Assembly (NCBI RefSeq): GCF_963921235.1
Contig: NC_086101.1
Location: forward strand, 3,226,001-3,290,000
DNA: 64,000 nucleotides
DNA from: Mobula hypostoma
Lineage: Eukaryota
Direction: 5' to 3'
The position numbers were made by a program, and so were the translations under genes. The notes beneath the pieces are model-generated. The model searched no databases. It worked only from the letters and a program-made list of their open reading frames with translations, and had not been told where the DNA came from. Shown here one piece after another: positions 11,690-23,589 of the stretch; within the stretch, counting starts at the first letter, position 1; every line of letters starts with the position of its first letter.

Positions 11690-13065
11690 TGGAGAGGAGC
11701 GGTCTTCAATCGGGTCCACTGCCTGAGGATGAAAGGCGTGAGTGAATCGCAGCAACATCATAGAGCTTTGACCAGTGACCAAGGCAGACATGGGAACATT
11801 GAAGAGGAGGGGACTTCAATCAAGGTCCACTGCCCGTGGATAAAAGGCGGGAGCGGGTCGTAGCAGCATCACAGAGCTCTGACCAGTGACAAATCGACAT
11901 TTGGGATTGATTAGTAAGAGCAAACTAAAGGAAGGCAGGGGCTAGCAGAGTGGCCATCGTCATCTGAGTGGATAGTCAGAGTGTTGATTTTAAGGCTTCT
12001 CTTTATATCTGATCTGCTGGGTAAAGATGCCAGACAGGACAGTGGAATGCTGCTCTTCCTGGATGTGGGAAGGCAGAGAGACCTTCAGTGTCCCTGATGA
12101 CTCCAACTGCGAGAAGTGCATCCAGCTGCAGCTTCCAACAAACTGCGTTAAGGAGTTGGAGCTGGAACTGGATGAACTCCAGGTCCTTTGGGAGGCTGAA
12201 GGGGTAATAGAGAGAACATATAGAGGGGTAGTTACATCCGAGGAGACTGGGTGACAGGAAGGGGAAAGGGGTTAAGGAGCCAGTGCAGAGTACCCCCTGT
12301 GGCCATCCCCCTCACAACAGGTCTGTCACTTTGGATACTATTTGGGGAAAGGGGTTGACATAGGAGGGGAAAGTGGTCGGGTCTCTGCCTCTGTGACTCA
12401 GTCAGGAAGAGGGAAGAAGAGGTATGCTTCGGTGATAGGGGATTTGTTATTTCAGGGAATGGACGGGAGGTTCTCTGGAAACGAGATTCCTGGATAGTAT
12501 GGGCTTGTATACTCTGGAATTTAGAAGACTGAGAGGGGATCTTATTGAAACATATAAGATTATTAAGGGATTGGACACGCTGGAGGCAGGAAGCATGTTC
12601 CCGCTGATGGGTGAGTCCAGAACCAGAGGCCACAGTTTAAGAATAAGGGGTAGGCCATTTAGAATGGAGCTGAGGAAAAACTTTTTCACCCAGAGAGTGG
12701 TGGATATATGGAATGCTCTGCCCCAGAAGGCTGTGGAGGCCAAGTCTCTGGATGCTTTCAAGAAAGAGATGGATAAAGCTCTTAAAGATAGTGGAATCAA
12801 AGGTTATGGGGATAAGGCAGGAACTGGATACTGATTGTGGATGATCAGCCATGATCACAGTGAATGGCGGTGCTGGCTCGAAGGGCCGAATGGCCTACTC
12901 CTGCACCTGTTGTCCATTTTCTATTGTCCCAGGTGCCAGGGTCCGGGACACCTCAGAACTAGTCGTCGGCATTCAGAAGTGCGAGGGTGAACTGCCAGAG
13001 GTTGTGGTCCATGTAGATTCCAGTGACCCAGGTAGGACGAGTGAAGAGGTTCTGCATGGGGAGTT
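11690..13065 (+). mobile_element. CR1 5' region (repeated 5' UTR, ORF1 Cys-rich/zipper and esterase remnants) interrupted by a nested CR1 3' end
   Basis: ORF 12027 (ECCSSWMWE...CEKCIQLQL...VKELELEL); esterase-like PGARVRD...EVVVHV resumes after 12927. Confidence 0.75.
12497..12927 (+). mobile_element. Young 5'-truncated CR1 insertion
   Basis: ORF 12499..12834 is an intact RT C-terminus followed by a 3' UTR. Confidence 0.88.
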
Positions 13066-13074
13066 CGATGCAAG

Positions 13075-13710
13075 TACCCCGAAACCTCATCCTTAATAAT
13101 AGACTCCAACACTTTCCCAACCACTGAGGTTAGGCTTACTGGCCTATAGTTCCTTTTCTTTTGCCTTCCTCCCTTCTTGAAGAGCGGAGTGACATTTGCA
13201 ATTTTCCGGTCCTCTGGAACCATGCCAGGATCAAGTGATTCTTGAAAGGTCATGGCCAATTCATCTGCTGTCTCTTCAGGAGCTTCCCTCAGGACTGTGG
13301 GATGTAGTTCATCTGGTCCAGATGACTTACCCACCTTGAGACCTTTCAGTTGGCCTAACTCCTTCTCCTTTATAATAGCGATGGCAGAATGCTAGTGTGT
13401 TCCACCGTGAAGACAGATGCAAAGTACCCATTAAGTTCATCTGCCATTCTGTTGTCCCCCATTACTACCTCACCAGCATCACTTTCCAGTGGTCGAATAT
13501 CAACTCCCTTTATATAACTAAAAAACTTCTGGTACCCTGCTTTATGTTATTGGCTAGTCCTCAGATTACATCTTTTCTTTTATTGTAGCTTCTTTTGTTG
13601 CCTCTTGTTGGATATTAAAATCTTTTCAGTCATCCAACTTCCCACTCAATTTTGCTGCCTTATGTGCCCTTTCCTTGGCTTTTATGTGGTCCTTAACTTC
13701 CGTTGTCAAC
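13075..13710 (-). mobile_element. CR1 ORF2 fragment
   Basis: KSSGPDELHP...[11 protein letters not shown]...NYRPVSLTS. Confidence 0.85.
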
Positions 13711-13869
13711 GTAATCTGGATAATTACACAACAGCCAATCTAAGATATAGGTGTTTGTCAGTTAATCTACTGATCAGCGAGTCCTGGTGAATGATAGATA
13801 GTTAACCCACTGACCAGCGAGTCCTGGTGTACGGTAATTTATCTTCTCTCTCTTTTCTCCCCTGTGTAG

Positions 13870-13896
13870 AACAAGAAAAGATTGGAGTGCAGCAGG
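13870..13896 (+). CDS. BTN-like microexon 3 (27 nt): EQEKIGVQQ
   Basis: cccctgtgtag|AACAAGAA...CAGCAGG|gtaagt; phase 1-1. Confidence 0.85.
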
Positions 13897-13954
13897 GTAA
13901 GTGTGTTGGAGTGTTGGCACTGGTTACCACTTTCTGCGCGCTTCATATCTTCCT

Positions 13955-14700
13955 GAAGGTGGTGGTTAGGAAGACGTGGGGCATGCTTGTGCTTGTTAGT
14001 CGAGGCGTTGAGTTTAAATCGTCACGTCATGTTGCAGCTTTATAAAGCTCTAGTTGGGCGACGTCTGGAGTATTGCACACAGTTCTGGGATATTGAGGCT
14101 TTGGAGCGAGTGCAGAGGAAGTTCACCGGGGTGCTGTCTGGATTAGAGGGCATGTGCGATTGCTAGAGGCTGGACACACTTGGCTCGTTTTCTCTGGAGC
14201 GTCAGAGGGAGATCTGACAGAGGTTTACAAGATTATGAGAGGCACGGAGAGTATCTTTCTCCCAGGGGTGAAATGTCTAACACCAGAGGCCATGTAGTGA
14301 AGCTGAGAGGGGGAATTTCAAAGGAGATATCAGGAGCAAGTGCTCTTTTTCTTGCACAGAGAGTGGAGGGTGCCTGGAATGCGCTGTCTGTGGTGGTGAG
14401 ATGCAGATACATTAGAGACTTGTAAGAGACGTTTAGATAGGCACATGACTGTCTGAAAATGGAGGGATAGGTACATGGATGGGAGAGGTCTGGAGGGTTA
14501 TGGACTGGATGCAGGTCAATGGGACTAGCGGAATAATGTTTCGGCACAGACTAGAAGGGCCGAATGGCCTGTTTTCTGTGCTGTAGCGTTCTGTAGTTCT
14601 ATGTAGACACCGTGTAGGTGGAAGGGATTAGTTTAGTTGGCCCTTTAATTTAATTGGTTGACTACAACATTGTGGGTGATCTTCCTGTTCCTGTACTGGT
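13955..14700 (+). mobile_element. Degraded CR1 3' fragments
   Basis: SNTRGHVVKL, QRVEGAWNAL; two successive 3' tails. Confidence 0.7.
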
Positions 14701-14831
14701 CTGCGTTCGATGTCAGGGACAGGTTTAAGGTCAGCCAGGATCGTGAGGGGATCCGCACGGTTTGCTGGAGCTGGTGGTGTAAGGGAATCGTTCGTGAAGT
14801 GCACGGGTCATGGGAACGTGCAAGTGCCAGA

Positions 14832-15277
14832 GCGTGGTCGTCCGCGTGCTGGGAGGGACGACCACTGGACGTTAGCGCTGAACTCAGAGAAGGCACGGTG
14901 AACCCTGGGGCCTGTTCCTGCGTGGTCGGCCGCGTGCTGGGAGGGACGACCACTGGACGTTAGCGCTGAACTCAGAGAAGGCACGGTGAACCCTGGGGCC
15001 TGTTCCTGCGCGGTCGTCCGCGTGCTGGGAGGGACGACCACTGGACATTAGCGCTGAACTCAGAGAAGGCACGGTGAACCCTGGGGCCTGTTCCTGCGCG
15101 GTCGGCCGCGTGCTGGGAGGGACGACCACTGGACGTTAGCGCTGAACTCAGAGAAGGCACGGTGAACCCTGGGGCCTGTTCCTGCGCGGTCGTCCGCGTG
15201 CTGGGAGGGACGACCACTGGACGTTAGCGCTGAACTCAGAGAAGGCACGGTGAACCCTGGGGCCTGTTCCTGCGCGG
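14832..15277. repeat. 88-bp CpG-rich tandem repeat, 5 copies
   Basis: Period 88 (repeated ORF starts at 14953/15041/15129/15217); near-identical copies. Confidence 0.95.
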
Positions 15278-15330
15278 GCAGCCATGTGCCGCTCCGCTCC
15301 GTGAATAATTGGTGTCTCTGTCTCTTTCAG

Positions 15331-15357
15331 AGAAGAACAACTTGCTGGAACAGATGG
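15331..15357 (+). CDS. BTN-like microexon 4 (27 nt): EKNNLLEQM
   Basis: tctctttcag|AGAAGAAC...CAGATGG|gtgagt; phase 1-1. Confidence 0.87.
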
Positions 15358-15659
15358 GTGAGTGGCGGTCCTGGGACAGACCCGGCGACGGCAGTGCAGG
15401 GGGTGGGGAGAGGACAGGAAGGGAGGGCTGGGCTGGATGCTCTCTGCTCAAGCCGCTGGGCTGTCGTTTCACAACGGCTCCGAGCACAGCCGGCGAAGTC
15501 TGAGGGAGAGTCAACGACAGCTACCCCAGGGAGGGCATCTGCGTCCTACGTTGCATGAAACTCTGTTCAGGATGCACACAGAGGATCTTTAGGATGTGTT
15601 CCCTGGTTCAAGTCTCACTTACCAGCTGAAGCAACTGTCCTGCCTCTTTCATAATGTTA

Positions 15660-17115
15660 TGTTTCTATAAGGTCCCCTCTCATTCTTCTGAATTCTGGTG
15701 AATTCAGTCTCTCCTCATAGGCTAAACCCCTCGTAAGACACAGCTTATCACGTCTGCTCTGCCATTCCGGCATAGCTGATTTACTATCCCTCTCCACCCA
15801 TTCTCTGCCTTCTCCCTGTAACCTTTGGTGCCCTGTCTGATCAAGAACCTATCAACCTTGGCATTAAATGCATTCAACGACTTGGCCTCTACAGCCGTCT
15901 GTGGCAATGAATTCCACAGATTCTCCACCCGCTGGACAAAGGAATTCCTCCTCATCTCTGAGCTAAACGGACTGTGCCCTCTGGTCTTGGACCCCCCCCC
16001 CCACTATGGAAAACAGCTTCTCCACATCCACTCTATCCAGGCCTTTCAACACTCAGCAGGTTTCAGTGAGGTCCCCCCACCCCCACCCCGCCATTCTTGT
16101 AAACTCTGGTGAGTACAGGCACAGAGCTATCCAACACTTCTCAGGCACTAACGCTTCTATTCACGGAATCGTCCTTGTGAAGCTCCTCTCCAAAGTCACT
16201 ACATCCCTGTCCAGTTAACTACCCGCAGTACTCCGGCTGTGGCCTGACCACTGCCCTGTCCAGTTAACTACCCGCAGTACTCCGGCTGTGGCCTGACCAC
16301 TGCCCTGTCCAACTGCAGCATAACCTCCCTGCTCTTAAATTCAGTCCCTCTTCCAATTAAAGCCAATCTTCCAATTGCCTTCTTGAACGTTTGCAGGATC
16401 GGGGTGGGACCAGCGCAGGATGGGATGGAATGATAGAAAACTGCATCTCAGTAACAGACCCTGCAGTCCGTCAAATCAGTGACAGAATATTACTCTGCAT
16501 AGTCCCGTCAACATGCACCTGGCCCCTAGCCCTCATACCCTTTATGTCCATGTACCTATCCCAATTACTCTCAGGTGGTGAAACGGTTTAATGTTGAGGC
16601 TTTTATAAGTCACTGATAAGGCCCCATTTGGAGTATTTTGAGCAGTTATGGGCTCCTTATCTAAGGAAGGATGTGCTGACATTGGAGAGGGTTCAGGGGA
16701 AGTTCACGAGAATGATTCAGGGTTACCATATGAGCACTAATTGATGGCTCTGGGCCTGAATTCAGAAGAAACCTGTCCAATGTTGAAAAGCTTCAATAGA
16801 GTGGCTGTGGAGAGGATGTTTCCTGTAGTGGGGGGGGGAGTCCAGGACCAGAGGGCACAGCCTCAGAATAGAGGGACGTCCAATTAGAACAAAGCTGAGT
16901 AGGAATTTCTTGAGCCTGAGAATGGTGAATCTGTGGGATTGGTTGCCCCAGGTGGCTGTGGAGGTCAAGTCACTGGTATATTTGGGGCAGAGGTTGATAG
17001 ATTCTTGGTTAGTCAGGGCATGAAGGGATATGGGGAGAAGGCAGAGGGAATGGATCAGCCATGATGAAACGGTGAAGCAGACCTGATAGGCCAATGGCCT
17101 AATTCTGCCCCTGTA
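15660..17115. mobile_element. Cluster of degraded CR1 3' fragments (- at about 15660-16390, + at about 16590-17115)
   Basis: RRNSFVQRVENLWNSLP on the - strand; GESRTRGHSL-type sequence on the + strand. Confidence 0.7.
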
Positions 17116-17759
17116 TCATATGGTCGTATGGTCTAACTCTAACCTGTGTCCAACCCTGGTGCTGGCAGCTGGCTTCACAATCTCACCACCCTCTGACTGA
17201 AGCTGTTCACCCTCATCTTCCCTTTGAACTTTTCACCTTTCACCCTTAACCCATGACCTCTAGTTCCAGTCTCACCCACCCTCAGTGGGAAAAGGGCAGC
17301 CGTGACGGTGTTGAATGCTAGGACAGGTTCAAGGGGCCGAATGGCCCACTCATCCTGTTCTCCGGTGGCAGTGATACAACATAATAGAGATGGCACCCCA
17401 CACCCGGAGAGAAGCATGCTCACCAGCCCGTCCAACCTTGGGGGGGTGATAGGTGTTGGTACTGGGACAAGGTTCGGGTTAGAATTCCCTGAGAATCTTG
17501 CAGGAGGGTGGGGGGGGGTGGTCTGTAATGGCCATGGGAGCAGAAACTTGGTTTTGGGTTTTAATCACACACACAGACCCCGAGATGCAGAGGCAGACCC
17601 TCTCGGAAGAACTTGGCAAGTTAGGTGGCATATCCTCTCCATGGACGCTGCCTGACCTGCTGAGTTCCTCCAGCGTTTTGTCCAGATTTCCAGCATCTGC
17701 CGAGTCTCCTGTATTTTTGATGTGGAGTTTAATATGCTGTGTGTCCTTTCTTCTTTCAG

Positions 17760-17786
17760 AAAAACAAAAGCTGGTTGCAAAATCAG
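17760..17786 (+). CDS. BTN-like microexon 5 (27 nt): EKQKLVAKS
   Basis: ttcttctttcag|AAAAACAA...AAATCAG|gtacga; phase 1-1. Confidence 0.83.
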
Positions 17787-18036
17787 GTACGAGTCACCCT
17801 GGCCCCAAACCTTTGTGTATTTGGCGGTGGTGTGTACCCCGCTACAGGGGGAGTAGTGTGGCCTACTGAGACAGCAGTATGCGATGAGGTTGAGGGAGCG
17901 TGTGTGGTGGGGCAAGGGGACGGGGGGTGGTGGCACGGTGGCTGGGAGATTACCTGAAGTGAGTTCATAGTCAACACTGGCAGAGGAACACCGATCAGAC
18001 TCTAATGCAATATCACGATCTCTCCTTCTCTTTCAG

Positions 18037-18063
18037 AGTACGATGCGCTCCTCCACACCATAG
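18037..18063 (+). CDS. BTN-like microexon 6 (27 nt): EYDALLHTI
   Basis: ccttctctttcag|AGTACGAT...ACCATAG|gtaagc; phase 1-1. Confidence 0.87.
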   Translation, partial: STMRSSTP

Positions 18064-18589
18064 GTAAGCTGCTTTTGGAAACCATAGAACGGCACAGGCC
18101 CTTCGGCCCAGAATGTTGTGCCTAGCTCAACTCTAACCTAGTCCAAGACAATCTAACCCTTCCCTCCCACATAGCCCTCCATTTCTCTCTCATCCACGTG
18201 CCTTTCTAAGTCTCTTAAATGTCCCAGAGGTCCCCTTTATACTTTCACTTGAAAATCATGCCCCGCTGTATTGCCCACTTCTGCCCTGGGGAAAAGTTTC
18301 TGTCCGTCCGCTTGACCTGTGTGCTTGTTTATAAAGGTTATCTTCTTAAGGACCACTTTCGTGGAATGATGGTCTGAGTGTCTGTTCTGCGGCCCTGCCA
18401 CTCACCACGCAAGTCCTGTCCTGCTTGATCCTCGCAAAGTGCAACACCTCACACTTGTCTGCATTTAAGTTCCATCTGCAAGTTTTTGTCTGTTTGCAGG
18501 GATTTTTTTTCTCTCTCAAGTCGAGGAGCATATTCTGTCTCAGTAGCCTCCAACCTGACAGCGTGAACATTGATTTCTGTAACTTCCTT

Positions 18590-20985
18590 AAGGCATAGGA
18601 GCAGAATCAGGCCATTCAGCCCATCGAGTATGCTCCCTCATTTCATCATGGCTGATCCTGGATCCCATTCAACCTCACACACCTGCCCCCTCACCGCATC
18701 CCTTGATGCCCCGGCCAATCAGGAATCTATCGACTTTCACGTTAAATATACCCACAGACTTGGCCTCCACACAGTCTGGTAGAGCATGCCATAGATTCAC
18801 CACTCTTTGGCTAAAAACATTACTCCTTAGCTCTGTTCTAAAAGGTCACCTCTGAAGTTTGAGGCTGTGCTCTCTGGTTTCGGATACCCCCACCAGAGGA
18901 GACATCCTCTCCACATCCACCCTATCTAGTCCTTTCAACGTTCAGTTGCTTTCAATGAGATCTCCACGCATGCTTCTGAATTCCAGTGAGTACAGGCCCA
19001 AGGCTGCCAAATGCTCCTCCCCTTATTCCTGGAATCGTCCTTGTGAACCTCCTCTGGCCTCTCTCCAATGACAACACACCTATTCTGAGATAAGGGGCCC
19101 AAAACTGTTGACAATACACCAAGTGTAACCTGACTAGTGTCATATAAAGCCTCAGCTTAATCTCCTTGCTTTTATATTTTATTCCTCTTGAAATTAATGC
19201 CAACAATGCATTTGCCGTCTTAACCACAGACTCAACCTGTGAATTAACCCTCTGGGAGTCTTGCACAAGGACTCCCAAGTCCCTCTGCACCTCTGATGTT
19301 TGAACCGTCTCCCCACTTCGATAATAGTCCACATTATTGTTCCTTTAACCAAAATGCATTATCATACATTTCCCAACACTATATTCCATCTGCCACTTTT
19401 TTGCCCATTCTTCCAATTTGTCTGTCCTTCTGAAATTGCATTACCTTCTCAGCACTACCTACCCCTCTTTGTATCATGTCTTAATAATAGACTCCAACAC
19501 TTTCCCGACCACTGAGGTAAGACTAACTGGCCTATAATTTTCTTTCTTTTGTCTTCCTTCCTCCTTAAAGAGTTGAGTGACATTTGCAATCTTCCAGTCC
19601 TCTGGGACCGTACTAGAATCAAATGATTCTTGAAAGATCATGACCAGTTCATCCGTTATCTCTTCAGCAACCTCTCTCAGTCTGGGATGTAGTCCATCTG
19701 GTCCAGGTGACTTATCCAACTTCAGACATTTCAGTTTGCCTGGCACATTTTCTTTTGTAATGGCAATGACACTCACTCCTGCTTCCTGACACTCACTGAT
19801 CTCTGTCACACTGCTAGTGTCTTCCACAGTGAAGACAGATGCAAAATACTCACTAAGTTCATCTGCCATTTCTTTGTCGCCCATAACTACCTCACCAGCA
19901 TCATTTTCCAGTGGTCCAATATCAACTCTCACCTCCCTTTTACTCTTCATATAACTGAAAAACTTTCAGCATCCTGCTTTATATTACTGGCTAGTCTGCC
20001 CTCATATTACATCTTTTCCCTCATTATAGCTTTTTTAGTTGCCTTTTGTTGGATTTTAAAAACTTCCCAATCATCCAACTTCCCATTCATTTCTACTACC
20101 TTGTATGCCCTTTCCTTGGCTTTTATACAGTCCTTAACTTCCCTTGTCAGCCATGGTTGCTTACCTCTGCCATTTGAGAACAACTTCTTCTGTGGGTTAT
20201 AACCATCCTGCGCCTTGTGAACTATTCCCAGAAACTTCAGCCATCTCTGCTCTGCCATTATCCCTGCCAGTATCCTCCTCCAATCCACCTGGGCAAGCTC
20301 CTCTCTCGTGCCTCTGGAATTCCCTTTATTCCATTGTGATATTGATATATGTGAGTTATGCTTCTCCCTCTCAAATTGCCACATCAATTCAATCATATCA
20401 TGATCACTACCTCCTAAGGGTTCCTTTACATTGAGCTCCCTAATTAGATCTGGGTTGTTACAGAACACCCAGTGTAGGAGAGTCTTTCCCCTCGTAGGCT
20501 CAAGCACAAGCTGCTCTAAAAAGCCATCCACTAGCCATTCAACAAACTCCCCCCCCTCGCGATCCGACATCAGCTTGATTTTCCCAATCCTCTTGCATGT
20601 TGAAGTCCCCCATTACAACTGTGACATTACCCTTACCACATGCCTTTTCCAGCTCCCTTTGCAAACTCAACCCCAATTCTTAGCTTCTATTTGGTGGTCT
20701 ATATATGACACCCATAATGGTTTCTTTTTTACCCTTGCAATTTCTTCACTCCACCCACAGAGATTCGACATTCTCTGACCCTCTGTCACCTCTTTCTAAT
20801 GATGTTATTTCCTCTTGCCGACAGAGCCACACCGCCACCTACGCCTTCCTGCCTACCCTGTCGATATAAAGTAAATCCTTCGATGTTAAACCCCAACTGT
20901 GTCCTTTCAGCCACAGCTCAGTGATGCTCACAATGTCACACCGACCAATCTCTAATTGTGTCTTGAGTTCGTCCACCTTATTCTG
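18590..20985 (-). mobile_element. CR1 ORF2 (endonuclease to RT) fragment with internal deletion
   Basis: ORFs 20007..20570 (LGGSDHDMI), 19474..19950 ([19 protein letters not shown]), 18952..19332. Confidence 0.9.
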
Positions 20986-20999
20986 TATGCTACCAACCT

Positions 21000-21445
21000 T
21001 ATTCCAAACTTCCAGTTATTTCTCCCCTTCTTTCTTTCTCTCTTTTTCGATTCCCCATTTTGACTTCCCTCTTGCCCCCTTCTCTTCTCACCAGCCCAAC
21101 CCTCCCTCTGGTTCCCCTCCTCCTTCCCTTTCTCCCATCGTCCACTCTCTTTTGTCAGGTTCCTCCTTCCACCTGTCACCCTTCACCTCTTCCACCTATC
21201 ACCTCCCAAATTCTTACTTCATCCTCTCCCCTCCCCCACCCACCTTCCACCTCACCTGGCCTCACCTATCTCCTGCCGGCTCGTCGTCCTCCTCCTCTTC
21301 CCCTGCCACCTTATCCTGGCTTTTGCCCCCTTTCTGTGCAGTCCTGATGAAAGGTCTTGACCCGAAACATCGACGGTGTATTCCTCTCCGTGGTTGCTGC
21401 CTGACCTGCTGAGTTGCTCCAGCATTTCGTCTGTGTTGCTCTTTC
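21000..21445 (+). mobile_element. Penelope-like 3' tail (pyrimidine-rich) with hammerhead motif
   Basis: Same tail as follows the GIY-YIG ORF at 57.5 kb; CAGTC-CTGATGA-AAGGTCTTGACCC-GAAA-CATC-GAC at 21339-21374. Confidence 0.7.
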
Positions 21446-21835
21446 TCCACTGTAAATGTGCTTGTAAGACCACCAGCACTGCCTTGTGGAGGTCTTTGGT
21501 TCATTCTTCACTCCACTCGGCCTTTGAGACGCCTGGTCCCAGTATCTGCTGTGGGTAGGCCCTGCCCAATAGGGTTGCGGTTGTCGAAACCAGCAGGGAG
21601 TGGGATGGGGCTGCAAATACCGGAAACTAGAATTAAAATTGATCAACAACGCCAAAGATTGAAAGATTAGATATATTTGTCCTTCGTACTTCAAGACACA
21701 GTGAAATGCATCGTTTTATGAAGATGATCAACAGGGTCCAAGTTGTACCAGCGACCCAGGTCCAATTTGTACCGCTCTCGGCATTCTCGTGACCACTTTG
21801 GTTTCCTCCCACGGTCCAAAGTCGTACCGGTTGGT

Positions 21836-22545
21836 AGGTGAATTGTTCACTGGGTGTAATTGGGCAGTGCGGACCCGTTACCATGGTGAGTTGTTCACTG
21901 GGTGTAATTGGGCAGTGCGGACCCGTTACCATGGTGAATTGTTCACTGGGTGTAATTGGGCAGTGTGGGCCCGTTACCATGGTGAATTGTTCACTGGGTG
22001 TAATTGGGCAGTGCGGACCCGTTACCATGGTGAATTGTTCACTGGGTGTAATTGGGCAGTGTGGGCCCGTTACCATGGTGAGTTGTTCCCTGGGTGTAAT
22101 TGGGCAGTGTGGTCTCATTGGGCCAGACCCGTTACCATGGTGAATTGTTCACTGGGTGTAATTGGGCAGTGTGGGCCCGTTACCATGGTGAGTTGTTCAC
22201 TGGGTGTAATTGGGCAGTGTGGTCTCATTGGGCCAGACCTGTTACCATGGTGAATTGTTCACTGGGTGTAATTGGGCAGTGCGGACCCGTTACCATGGTG
22301 AGTTGTTCACTGGGTGTAATTGGGCAGTGCGGACCCGTTACCATGGTGAGTTGTTCACTGGGTGTAATTGGGCAGTGTGGGCCCGTTACCATGGTGAGTT
22401 GTTCACTGGGTGTAATTGGGCAGTGCGGACCCGTTACCATGGTGAGTTGTTCACTGGGTGTAATTGGGCAGTGTGGTCTCATTGGGCCAGACCCGTTACC
22501 ATGGTGAATTGTTCACTGGGTGTGATTGGACAGTGTGGGCTTATT
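21836..22545. repeat. 48-bp (with about 62-bp variant) tandem repeat, about 14 copies, inside a SINE
   Basis: Unit ggtgaattgttcactgggtgtaattgggcagtgcggacccgttaccat; flanked by SINE body ggtttcctcccacggtccaaag and tail tgtatctctaaataaa. Confidence 0.93.
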
Positions 22546-22960
22546 GGGCCGTCTGCTCTGTTGCTGTGCTGTATCTCTAAATAAATATCTTTCATCTATT
22601 AATATAATTGAGGCCACGTCATTGAGTATATTTAAAGTGGATATTGGTAGGTACTTAGGGCGTCAAAGATTAGAGGAAGAAGGGAGGAGAACGCGTTTGA
22701 GAGGGATAAGTCAGCCTCGATGGGCCAGTTGGCCAAATCTGCTGCTATGTCATGTGACCTTAAATAAAGGACTGTGCTGGGTAAGTGTTGCCACATCACC
22801 ATTGCCTGCCCTCATTTACTACCATAACCTGTACGTCTTTGGAACTGACTGGGGGTCCAGCAGAACTGGATGGGCCGAGTGGCTGTTCTGTATTCTGTTG
22901 ACATTAATATTGTTTTTTCCCTCTCTCTCCTCTATCCCCCACCCCCACCGTCTCTTCCAG

Positions 22961-22987
22961 AGTGGGAAAAGATGTTGCGATGTGCAG
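22961..22987 (+). CDS. BTN-like microexon 7 (27 nt): EWEKMLRCA
   Basis: tctcttccag|AGTGGGAA...TGTGCAG|gtaggc; resembles the WxxM linker exon that precedes B30.2 in BTN/TRIM genes. Confidence 0.88.
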
Positions 22988-23589
22988 GTAGGCCTGGTGC
23001 TGTCGGGGTGTGTTGTGGGGGTGGGGTGGTCAATTGAAGGGCCTGATAACCCCCCCCCACAGGAACTGAAGCACGATAAGCAGGGAGAGGGAGGTGGGAG
23101 GGGTGACGTGCTGTGGAAACCCAAGGGTGAGAAGCTCTCTTTAAGGCAAGGCAGTGGGGGAAGGCATCATTGGCGAAAAGCAGGATGGGGGGATTGTGTG
23201 ACAGTGGAGATTCCCAGGAACGGTGTAGAATGCAGTTAATTTGGGGGATGGGGGGGTGATTCTGAGTGGTGGGGAGTGACTTGGAGCGAGGCATCAATCG
23301 GGAGAGCAGATCCTAGTCTGGCGTCTCGGGTGGGGGGGTGGATACATATCGGGAACGTGACGTCCCTTCTGATGAAGCTGTCGTTCTCGAGGTTGGGAGA
23401 GCCGCCGTTCAGAAGCGATGGTCAGGATCTAACTTCCCGCTGGGAGGGGTGGGATTAGGCGCTAATGTTTCACTGGGAGAGTTTGGGGGGGGGTGGGGGT
23501 TGGGATTTGTGGTAATTAAACCTTGTTTCTCACTAACATCCAAAGTGATTCCCATTAAGTGAATCTGGGTTTTAGGAAAGTGAGTCAGG

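Noticed and set aside
16205..16310. 49-bp direct duplication
   Set aside because: Two copies inside a decayed CR1; ordinary slippage.
21529..21554. Possible eighth BTN microexon (ag|ACGCC...TGTGG|gtagg)
   Set aside because: 26 nt would shift the frame and the acceptor is weak.
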